Below are positions 29,742-37,740 of a DNA stretch of 64,000 bases, piece after piece (the stretch's first letter is position 1; each line of letters starts with the position of its first letter). This DNA comes from an uncultured Alphaproteobacteria bacterium. GTDB taxonomy: Bacteria; Pseudomonadota; Alphaproteobacteria; CAAHEQ01; UBA3637. The notes below the pieces were generated by a model that was given only the letters and a program-made list of their open reading frames with translations, made no database searches and was not told where the DNA came from. The stretch covers positions 1,226 to 65,225 of the forward strand of contig CALXZG010000006.1 of the NCBI GenBank assembly GCA_944393195.1, in the 5' to 3' direction. A program made the translations under genes and the position numbers.

Positions 29742-29773
29742 TGTAACACGAAAGGGTACATTTTTGTGTTACA
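29742..29773. promoter_or_regulatory. Inverted repeat just 5' of the P2 RBS (operator or 5'-UTR hairpin)
   Basis: TGTAACACGAAA-gggtaca-TTTTGTGTTACA has 12-nt arms with one mismatch. It ends 7 nt before the AAGGAG RBS. The positional homolog lies at 46461-46492. Confidence 0.55.
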
Positions 29774-29791
29774 GTTCGAAAGGAGTAATAA

Positions 29792-31063
29792 ATGACTGAA
29801 ATCAAAATGGAAAATGGTCGGAGTATGGTTGAAATGTTGGGCGTTCTGGCCGTGATGGGCGTGTTATCGATTGGCGGTGTGGCCGGGTATCGGTATGCGA
29901 TTGATAAAATGAATGCGAATGACATTATCAACGAAGTGCGGAAACGGGCCGTGACGGCAAGTCAACAACGCATCTTGGGTCATGATATTAATTTATCGGA
30001 ATATGGGGACAACGGGCGGATAAAGGGAATTCACGCCGTTACAGCGACAAACGATTATGCGGGGGATAAAGGGTTCTTTGCGTTGACGGTATCGGCAGTC
30101 CCGCAACGGGTGTGTGATGACATCCTGAAACAGGATTGGGCGATGCCGGTGGAAACGGCCGTCGGAGGTGTTGTGGTTGATGATGATGATACAACATGCG
30201 CCGAGGGGGAGAATGAAATGTTGTTCGCATTTGCGAATACATTGGATAATTCGTTGGTCCCTGGGGAAGGGAATGGAGAAGAGAACGGGGATGATGAAGT
30301 AGACGACGGAGATGATCCGTGGGCGCAGGAGTGTGGTACGAATGAGTATCATGACTTTAATACTGGGGAATGTGTGGTGGATAAAGATTGTGATGAGGGA
30401 GAGTTTTTATATGGAAGTCAATGTTTAACGTGTCCGGATGCGGATAATCCGGTTGCCGGATATGGTGACCGATGGAGTGGCACATGTACCAAATGTCCGG
30501 GTGCGAAAGAGGGGAGTGCCTCCCGCGGATACTATTGTGTTTATTGCCCGAACGGAGAAGCGTGCGCCGATCAATGTTGTGGCGAGGGAGAGTGGTGTCA
30601 ATATAATACATCAACGTACAGTTATGAATGTACCTCAACCAAAACGGATGGTGAATGTATGACGAATGACGATTGTGGGGATAATCAATATTGTCAATCG
30701 TATACTGGTTGCCAGATGGTGAATGGAACGTGCAAAACAATTAGTAGCACGACGGTGACGATTAACGAGAAAACATACACGGCATCGACAGATCGTATGT
30801 CGTATCATGCGGCAGAGAACTTCTGCGATGCGCTTGGGAAGCGTTTAGCACCGGTGACAGACGGGTGTACGGCGGAAGAATTGGCAGCGGTTAAAGCAAA
30901 CAGTTATTCTGGCAGTTGTTCGGGATGGGTACATACGATAGGTAAATATTATTGGACACGCACAAAATTAAGCGGGTGTGGCTCGTATTATGTAGAGAGT
31001 AGCCGTTCAGGCAAGGTCGGGTCTAACCCTTGGATCAACGTCAACGACGCCCTTTGTCGCTAA
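29792..31063 (+). CDS. Modular pilin-like protein P2: prepilin-type leader and pilin head, acidic linker, Cys-rich stalk, C-type-lectin/DUF1566-like tip
   Basis: 423 aa. MTEIKMENG|RSMVEMLGVLAVMGVLSIGG carries Gly-1 and Glu+5. RVC...TTC are 30 aa apart. About 20 Cys fall in residues 180-310. The C-terminus reads MSYHAAENFCDALGKRLAPV...YYWTRT...ALCR*. Confidence 0.8.
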   Translation: MTEIKMENGRSMVEMLGVLAVMGVLSIGGVAGYRYAIDKMNANDIINEVRKRAVTASQQRILGHDINLSEYGDNGRIKGIHAVTATNDYAGDKGFFALTVSAVPQRVCDDILKQDWAMPVETAVGGVVVDDDDTTCAEGENEMLFAFANTLDNSLVPGEGNGEENGDDEVDDGDDPWAQECGTNEYHDFNTGECVVDKDCDEGEFLYGSQCLTCPDADNPVAGYGDRWSGTCTKCPGAKEGSASRGYYCVYCPNGEACADQCCGEGEWCQYNTSTYSYECTSTKTDGECMTNDDCGDNQYCQSYTGCQMVNGTCKTISSTTVTINEKTYTASTDRMSYHAAENFCDALGKRLAPVTDGCTAEELAAVKANSYSGSCSGWVHTIGKYYWTRTKLSGCGSYYVESSRSGKVGSNPWINVNDALCR

Positions 31064-31197
31064 GGTTCCCCCTTTTGTTCCATGGAATGTCTCCCTTTAT
31101 TCCGTGGAACAACGTTAGTATATACACCAATATGGTGTATTGTCAATATCAAAACAATTTTGTTTTTCGTTTTTTGAGGGAATATGTAAAACCGTTG

Positions 31198-31226
31198 AAA
31201 GATCCTCGCTTTCGCAAGGATGACAG
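31198..31226. repeat. REP-like palindromic element, type B
   Basis: aaagatcctcgctttcgcaaggatgacag has a stem TCCTCGC/GCAAGGA with one mismatch. It belongs to the same family as 46642-46670. Confidence 0.6.
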
Positions 31227-31262
31227 AAAAAAAACAAAGGAATGCGGCGGGGAAATAAGAAA

Positions 31263-31291
31263 AATCCCCGCGGTAAAGCGGGGATTTCTTT
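31263..31291. terminator. Bidirectional intrinsic terminator (tuf on the minus strand, P2 on the plus strand)
   Basis: AATCCCCGC-ggtaaa-GCGGGGATT, flanked by a T-run on the minus-strand reading (TTTTTCTT) and by TCTTT on the plus strand. Confidence 0.75.
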
Positions 31292-31312
31292 GACCTTTGT
31301 TGTCAATCAAAA

Positions 31313-32503
31313 TTATTCAATAATTTTCGAAACAACACCCGCACCAACTGTGTGGCCACCTTCACGAATAGCGAAACGCAAACCTTCGCTCATGGCAACC
31401 GGAACAATCAATGTGACCGTCAATTTGACGTTGTCGCCCGGCATAACCATTTCAACGCCGGCCGGCAATTCGATCGTACCCGTCACGTCCGTTGTGCGGA
31501 AATAGAACTGCGGACGATAGTTCGCAAAGAACGGCGTATGACGTCCACCTTCATCCTTGCTCAACACATAAACTTCGGATTCGAACTTCGTGTGCGGTGT
31601 AATGGTGCCCGGAGCAGCCAAAACCTGACCACGTTCAACTTCTTCACGCTTTGTTCCGCGGAGCAAGACACCGATGTTGTCGCCGGCTTCACCTTGATCC
31701 AACAACTTGCGGAACATTTCAATGCCCGTGCAGGTTGTTTTCTGTGTCGGACGCAAACCAACGATTTCGATTTCATCACCGACTTTTAACACACCGCGTT
31801 CTACACGCCCTGTCACAACTGTTCCACGGCCGGAAATAGAGAACACGTCTTCAATCGGCATCAAGAACGGTTGATCCTTGGGACGATCCGGTTGCGGAAT
31901 ATAATTATCAACCGCATCCATCAAAGCCAAGATAGCTTCTTTACCCATCTTCGGATCACCGCCATCCAAAGCAACTTTGGCAGAACCTTTGATAACGGGG
32001 ATTTCGTCGCCCGGGAATTGATAAGAGGACAACAAGTCGCGGATTTCCATTTCGACCAATTCCAACAATTCCGGATCGTCCACCATATCCATTTTGTTCA
32101 TGAAAACAACGATCGCCGGAACACCTACCTGACGAGCCAACAAAATGTGTTCGCGTGTCTGCGGCATCGGACCGTCAGCGGCGGAAACAACCAGGATAGC
32201 ACCATCCATCTGGGCGGCACCCGTAATCATGTTCTTAACATAGTCGGCGTGACCCGGACAGTCAACGTGCGCATAGTGGCGCTTGGCTGTTTCATATTCT
32301 ACGTGAGACGTTGAAATCGTAATACCGCGGGCGCGTTCTTCCGGAGCCTTATCGATGTTGGCGTAATCAACGAAAGCAGCACCGCCCTGTTCGGCCAAAA
32401 CTTTTGTGATAGCCGCTGTCAATGTCGTTTTACCGTGGTCAACGTGGCCAATGGTACCGATATTGCAGTGAGGCTTTGTTCTTTCAAATTTTTCTTTACT
32501 CAT
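31313..32503 (-). CDS. tuf: Elongation factor Tu
   Basis: 396 aa: [33 protein letters not shown]..., with unmistakable G-domain motifs. Confidence 0.97.
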   Translation of the reverse strand: MSKEKFERTKPHCNIGTIGHVDHGKTTLTAAITKVLAEQGGAAFVDYANIDKAPEERARGITISTSHVEYETAKRHYAHVDCPGHADYVKNMITGAAQMDGAILVVSAADGPMPQTREHILLARQVGVPAIVVFMNKMDMVDDPELLELVEMEIRDLLSSYQFPGDEIPVIKGSAKVALDGGDPKMGKEAILALMDAVDNYIPQPDRPKDQPFLMPIEDVFSISGRGTVVTGRVERGVLKVGDEIEIVGLRPTQKTTCTGIEMFRKLLDQGEAGDNIGVLLRGTKREEVERGQVLAAPGTITPHTKFESEVYVLSKDEGGRHTPFFANYRPQFYFRTTDVTGTIELPAGVEMVMPGDNVKLTVTLIVPVAMSEGLRFAIREGGHTVGAGVVSKIIE

Positions 32504-32616
32504 TTTTCTTTCCTTAACTGATCAGTGTTAAAAATGAAATCCTTGCGGATTTCGTTGTTGATTTTCGGTTCAAAAACCTCTTTAAACCGAACATCCCCGA
32601 CCTGCCGGCCGGAATT

Positions 32617-32690
<74 letters not shown>

Positions 32691-32802
32691 ACACATCCTT
32701 TCTTTCGCCTTCCGCAAGGCTTCCGGCGTCAAAAAGATAATTTATCATACACGACGTTTTTTCCCTTGTCAAGCCCTTTTTTAAAATAACCGACGAACGC
32801 CT

Positions 32803-33633
32803 TTATTCCCGCTCACGTCCCGAACAATGCCGCCAACGGCCATAGTTCAAAATTGATTTAAAACAAGGAAAATGGTGCCCATGAAACAAAGGGCGTCCCA
32901 AACAATCCTCCGGAATACTGAACGGGTCTTTCTTGTAAAACTGGGTCGTGTCCGCCTCCGGATGATAAAAGGTCACATGTCCGCCCCCTATGCATTGCTC
33001 CGGATCCGGCCGCGTGTAAAGGGCGCGATCTATTTTCCGCTCGGAAACAACTTTGTCGTGATATTTCGCTGTTTGTATAAACATCTGCCGAATATGCCGA
33101 GGATAACAATTATTCAAAAAACTCCCAAATGCTTCAGCTATCGGTCCGTTTAGTGGCATCGATCCACACATCGGTTCCGGATATCTTATGTCGTATTCAT
33201 ACCTATATCGAATGATGGAAATATTCTCTTTGATTCCCCAATCAACATTCTCGCTCCACTTGGATAAAATCGTTCCGTCTAAATCAATGGGACAAAACAC
33301 CATCCGATATCGCCAATCCCCCAAATGTGTAATAACCGGTGGCGTTTTAAGAGATTGATAGGGCTTGTATACCACATTGCAAATCCGTCCGATGACCGAC
33401 CAATATGTCATTCCGTTCGCATACGTAACGGATTGCAACGTCGGTTCGTACTGCATATAACCCCCCGCAAATCCCAAAGAGTCCTCGGCCCCGATGGATG
33501 GATAGTCCAAAATGATTTTTTCATGCCATTTCGGTAATTGACTTTTTCGAAGTGGTTTTATCTCAACCACCTCGGACGGTTCCCGCATTTTCTCGGCCAA
33601 GGCAGTCCAATCTTCTTCTTGAGTCATCTTCAT
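32803..33633 (-). CDS. Hypothetical protein, no family recognised, located between tRNA-Tyr and tRNA-Gly
   Basis: A 276 aa uninterrupted ORF with no signal peptide or TM segment. I could identify no motifs. Confidence 0.5.
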   Translation of the reverse strand: MKMTQEEDWTALAEKMREPSEVVEIKPLRKSQLPKWHEKIILDYPSIGAEDSLGFAGGYMQYEPTLQSVTYANGMTYWSVIGRICNVVYKPYQSLKTPPVITHLGDWRYRMVFCPIDLDGTILSKWSENVDWGIKENISIIRYRYEYDIRYPEPMCGSMPLNGPIAEAFGSFLNNCYPRHIRQMFIQTAKYHDKVVSERKIDRALYTRPDPEQCIGGGHVTFYHPEADTTQFYKKDPFSIPEDCLGRPLFHGHHFPCFKSILNYGRWRHCSGRERE

Positions 33634-33743
33634 TTCTATCCTCCTGAATAATAGCTTTTCAATGTTATTAAAATAGCATAAAAAAAAGAACTTGTCAAAA
33701 AAAAGCCTAAGAAAAAAACCGCAAAAAACTGCGGTTTAAAACA

Positions 33744-33829
33744 TGGTGGAAGGGGAAAGATTCGAACTTTCGTAGACATAAGTCGGCAGATTTACAGTCT
33801 GCTGCCATTAACCACTCGGCCACCCTTCC
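33744..33829 (-). tRNA. tRNA-Tyr (anticodon GUA), long variable arm
   Basis: The reverse complement is GGAAGGG-TG-GCCGAGTGGTTAATGGC-A-GCAGA CTGTAAA TCTGC-variable arm-GAAAG TTCGAAT CTTTC-CCCTTCC-A-CCA. Confidence 0.9.
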
Positions 33830-33980
33830 ATATCGAAAGTGGGTATAATATGCCTTTTTTAAAACGAAATGTCAAGAACTTTTTTTTATTTATGTGAATT
33901 TTTGTCGGTGGCCCTTGACGGCTATCGAAAAGCCGCATATTCTGAGGTATCTCGAACGATGGATGTGAAAGGGGTTTCAA

Positions 33981-34637
33981 ATGCGCTTTATTGTTTTTAT
34001 GGTGGGAATGTTGTTATCTTGGTCAGTCGGGGCGGCAACCGGCGATTTTAAATTGATGGTTTATGGTGACAGTTTGGCGGCCGGACATCGGTTGCCGGCG
34101 GCGGATGCTTTTTATACGCAATTGGAAAAGGCTTTGGTTGACAAAGGATATCGCGTATCGGTCATCAATGCGAGTCGGAGTGGTGAAACGACGGCGGGCG
34201 GTATCGGGAGGCAGGCCGCTGCGATAGCGCAAAATCCGGATGCGGTGTTATTGGAGTTGGGGGTTAATGATGCTATTCGAAATGTATCGATCGCGGACAC
34301 ACGTCAGAATTTGGCAACATTAATTGAAACGTTTCAAAAAAACCGGATTCCCGTCCTGTTAATCGGGATGCAGGCGACACCGAATCGGCCGGCGGCTTAT
34401 CGGCAACAATTTAGCGCAATGTATCGGGAGTTGGCGGATCAGTATGGTTTAATTTTGTATCCGTTTTTTATGGATGGGATTTTTACGGTTGTTCCGGGGA
34501 TGCCTTTCCCCGTGTCGGACAAGGTGTTGGCGGATAATGTGCATCCGAATGCGGCCGGTGTTCGGGTGATGGTAGACGGAATTTTGCCGTCGGTGGAACG
34601 TTTTTTAGAGATGTTGGGTATTCGGGCGGGTCGATAA
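33981..34637 (+). CDS. SGNH/GDSL hydrolase (TesA/arylesterase-like), secreted
   Basis: 218 aa with a signal peptide. Block I is VYGDSLAAG, block III GVNDA and block V DNVHPN. Confidence 0.85.
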   Translation: MRFIVFMVGMLLSWSVGAATGDFKLMVYGDSLAAGHRLPAADAFYTQLEKALVDKGYRVSVINASRSGETTAGGIGRQAAAIAQNPDAVLLELGVNDAIRNVSIADTRQNLATLIETFQKNRIPVLLIGMQATPNRPAAYRQQFSAMYRELADQYGLILYPFFMDGIFTVVPGMPFPVSDKVLADNVHPNAAGVRVMVDGILPSVERFLEMLGIRAGR

Positions 34638-34755
34638 AGGCGGTATTATCCGCAAGTAATGATCACAAAAACAGTTTTGTTGATAATAAATCCTTGCACT
34701 ATGGGTTGAATTTTGCTATTATTCCCCTAAAATCAGGATGAAAGGATTGCAGGGA

Positions 34756-36450
34756 ATGAAAAAACAGTTAATTACAAGTGCTTTGCCGTATGTGAACGGA
34801 TTACCGCATTTAGGGCATTTGGTCGGGTGTTTGTTACCGGCGGACGTATATGCGCGGTATCAACGGCAGCGCGGTGCAGAGGTGTTATTTGTTTGCGGGA
34901 CGGATGAACACGGGACACCGTCGGAAGTCGGTGCGGCCAAAGAAGGAATGGATGTTGAGGCGTACTGTAAGAAATATCATGACTTACATGTCGCGATGTA
35001 TGCCGGGTTTAATTTATCTTTTGATTATTTTGGGCGCACCAGTTCGGATCAGAATAAAGAAATAACGTACCGGATTTTTCATGGATTGGAAGCGAACGGT
35101 TTGATTGAAGAAAAGGTAACGCAACAGGTTTATTCGCCGGATGACAATCGGTATTTGCCGGACAGTTATGTGATGGGAACGTGTCCGCATTGCGGGTATG
35201 ACAAGGCAAAGGGGGATCAGTGCGAAAATTGTACGAAGGTTTTAGATCCGACGGATTTAATTAATCCGCGGAGTGTGTTGTCCGGGAGTTCGAATATTGA
35301 AATTCGGGAGACAAAGCATTTATTTTTAAATTTGCCCAAGTTGGAAAAGGAATTGGAGCAATGGATCGAAACAAAGAAAGGTGTTTGGCCGGATATTGCG
35401 TATTCTATTGCCAAAAAGTGGTTAAAGGAAGGGTTGCGCGAACGGGGGATTACGCGTGATTTAAAATGGGGATTTGCGGTGCCGCGTGCCGGTTTTGAAA
35501 ACAAGGTGTTCTATGTTTGGTTTGATGCGCCGATCGGGTACATCGGAATTACCAAGCAATGGGCGGACGAACGGCCGGATGAACGGCGATGGGAAGATTG
35601 GTGGATGAATGCCGATGCGGTGCGTCATACCGAATTTATGGGAAAGGACAATATTCCCTATCATACGATTACGTTTCCGGCGACGTTGCGCGGGACTCGG
35701 GAAGGGTGGACCGAGGTCAGCTTTTTAAAGGGAATGAACTATTTGAACTTTGCGGGCGGTAAGTTTTCCAAGTCGGCGCATCGCGGTATCTTTTTGGATG
35801 ACGCTTTGGCGGAATTTCCGGCCGATTATTGGCGGTATTGGTTGATGGCAAACGCGCCGGAATCCAATGATACGAACTTTACGTTTGATAGCTTTGCAAT
35901 GATTGTTAATAAAGATTTAAACGATGTATTGGGCAACTTTATCAATCGCGTTATTAAGATGACTGTGGCTAATTTCGGGGCCGAAGTGCCGCCGACCGGG
36001 CCAATGACCGACGCAGAACGGGAGTTGTATCAATCGTTGGATACGTTAATTGCGGATTACACCAAATATATGGACGGGCTTGAATTCCGAAAAGCGATGA
36101 GTGTTTTGCGCGAAATTTGGGTCAGCGGCAACAATTATATTGCCCGGATGGAACCGTGGAAAGTTGTTAAGACGGATCGGGCGTATGCGGGAACGATTTT
36201 ACGGACGGCTTTGAATTTAATTCGGTTGTTTGCCCAATTGAGTGCGCCGGTCATGCCGGAAACGGCGGCGCGGATGTTGGCGATTATCGGAGAGCCGGCG
36301 ACATTTGTTTGGCCGACCGAAAAAGCGGCTGTGTATTTGGATGGGGTGCCGGCGGGACGATCCTTTACGGCGGCGGAGCCTTTGTTCCAAAAAATACCGG
36401 CCGAACGGATTGAGGCATTAAAGGTTCAATATAAAGAAACGGAGGCCTAA
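34756..36450 (+). CDS. metG: Methionine--tRNA ligase
   Basis: ITSALPYVNGLPHLGHL (HIGH-type motif), a Zn knuckle CPHCG...CENC, and KFSKS (KMSKS motif). The track ORF begins at 34738; which of the two starts is used is uncertain. Confidence 0.93.
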   Translation: MKKQLITSALPYVNGLPHLGHLVGCLLPADVYARYQRQRGAEVLFVCGTDEHGTPSEVGAAKEGMDVEAYCKKYHDLHVAMYAGFNLSFDYFGRTSSDQNKEITYRIFHGLEANGLIEEKVTQQVYSPDDNRYLPDSYVMGTCPHCGYDKAKGDQCENCTKVLDPTDLINPRSVLSGSSNIEIRETKHLFLNLPKLEKELEQWIETKKGVWPDIAYSIAKKWLKEGLRERGITRDLKWGFAVPRAGFENKVFYVWFDAPIGYIGITKQWADERPDERRWEDWWMNADAVRHTEFMGKDNIPYHTITFPATLRGTREGWTEVSFLKGMNYLNFAGGKFSKSAHRGIFLDDALAEFPADYWRYWLMANAPESNDTNFTFDSFAMIVNKDLNDVLGNFINRVIKMTVANFGAEVPPTGPMTDAERELYQSLDTLIADYTKYMDGLEFRKAMSVLREIWVSGNNYIARMEPWKVVKTDRAYAGTILRTALNLIRLFAQLSAPVMPETAARMLAIIGEPATFVWPTEKAAVYLDGVPAGRSFTAAEPLFQKIPAERIEALKVQYKETEA

Positions 36451-36452
36451 GA

Positions 36453-37568
36453 ATGGCAAAACGGGCGCATCGGCTTGGCCTGAATAATTTATTGTTTTCC
36501 GTGTTTTGGTGGATGTTACAAAAAATCAGCCCCAAACAGGGTAAAACATTGTTATATTGGGGGTTGCAATCGGGGGCTTTCCCGAACAGGGCTGTTTTCG
36601 ATCCGGTCTTAATGTCAAGCTTTTTTCAACATACGTTGCACACGCCGATCGGTATCGGTGCCGGTTTTGACAACAAAGCCAATGTGATAGACGATTTAAT
36701 TTTTATGGGAGCGGGATTCGGTGAATTGGGACCGTATACGCTTGAACCCGAAAATCCGACGGTGGAGGAATTTTATTTAAAAAAAGATAAAGCCGTTGTT
36801 ACGCAGAGTTTGGGCGTTCAAAATCCCGGTGTTTCGAGGATGATTCCGATTTTAACCAACCGGCGGTATTTACCGAACATTATCGGGGTTAACATTACCA
36901 GTACGAGTTATTCCGAGGAAGAAAACATCAAGATGGGGCGTCATATGACGTATGAGGAAGAGTTTGATATGATGGCGCGGAAGGTGGCTCCTTTTTGCGA
37001 TTATATCACGCTTGATTTTTCAACGGCAGGAACGGCGTTGAGCGCTATTCCGACGGATGCTTCGGCTTTTGTTCCGATGATTAAAGGGATTAAAAAAGCG
37101 GTATCGGAGGCGGCTCCGATTCAAACACCGCTTGTTTTTGTCAAGCTGCCGTTGAGTATGACGCCGTTGGAAATGCCGTTGGTGTGTCAGAACGTGGTGG
37201 CGGCCGAGGTGGATGCCGTTATCGTCGGGGCGCCGGCATCTTTGTTCCATATGCCGATACGATTAAGCAAGCCGATGACCGCCGGGATGTTATCGGGGCG
37301 GCCGCTTAAAACATACATGATTGAAATGATCAGTCGTGTACGGCAATTTACGCAGGCGCAGGTGCCGATTATGGCTTGCGACGGGGTTTTTACCGGGCGG
37401 GATGCCTATGAGATGATCGCGGCCGGGGCTTCGTGGGTGCAGGTTGGCACGGTTTTACAGTATGAAGGGCCGGCGGCAATTACGAAAATCAATCGGGAGT
37501 TAGCTCAGATCTTAAAAGAAAAGGGATTTTCTTCCGTCAAAGATGCCGTCGGGGCCGATTATCGGTAA
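36453..37568 (+). CDS. Dihydroorotate dehydrogenase (class 2)-like protein with non-canonical active-site motifs
   Basis: 371 aa, colinear with PyrD (PIGIGAGFDNKANVID..., GRPLK, AAGASWVQVGT). The segments that in E. coli PyrD read SSPNT, ATNTT and GVGGI read here FSTAGT, VGAPAS and ACDGV. Confidence 0.6.
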   Translation: MAKRAHRLGLNNLLFSVFWWMLQKISPKQGKTLLYWGLQSGAFPNRAVFDPVLMSSFFQHTLHTPIGIGAGFDNKANVIDDLIFMGAGFGELGPYTLEPENPTVEEFYLKKDKAVVTQSLGVQNPGVSRMIPILTNRRYLPNIIGVNITSTSYSEEENIKMGRHMTYEEEFDMMARKVAPFCDYITLDFSTAGTALSAIPTDASAFVPMIKGIKKAVSEAAPIQTPLVFVKLPLSMTPLEMPLVCQNVVAAEVDAVIVGAPASLFHMPIRLSKPMTAGMLSGRPLKTYMIEMISRVRQFTQAQVPIMACDGVFTGRDAYEMIAAGASWVQVGTVLQYEGPAAITKINRELAQILKEKGFSSVKDAVGADYR

Positions 37569-37598
37569 TTTTATTTGGGTGATACGGTTGTTTTTAGG

Positions 37599-37622
37599 GC
37601 GTCGGCTTCGGCCGGCGTTTTT
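37599..37622 (+). terminator. Intrinsic terminator after the pyrD-like gene
   Basis: A GCGTCGGC-TTCG-GCCGGCGT stem (two G:U pairs) is followed by TTTTT. Confidence 0.6.
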
Positions 37623-37740
37623 AATCGGACGGGCAATGTATCGGAAGCGGGGCAAGGTTAAAATAAATCGGTTGCCTTTTTCCAAAAAATCGGATAAAAC
37701 AATAGACAGTTAAGCAAGACAGATAACAAGGAGCAGAGAT

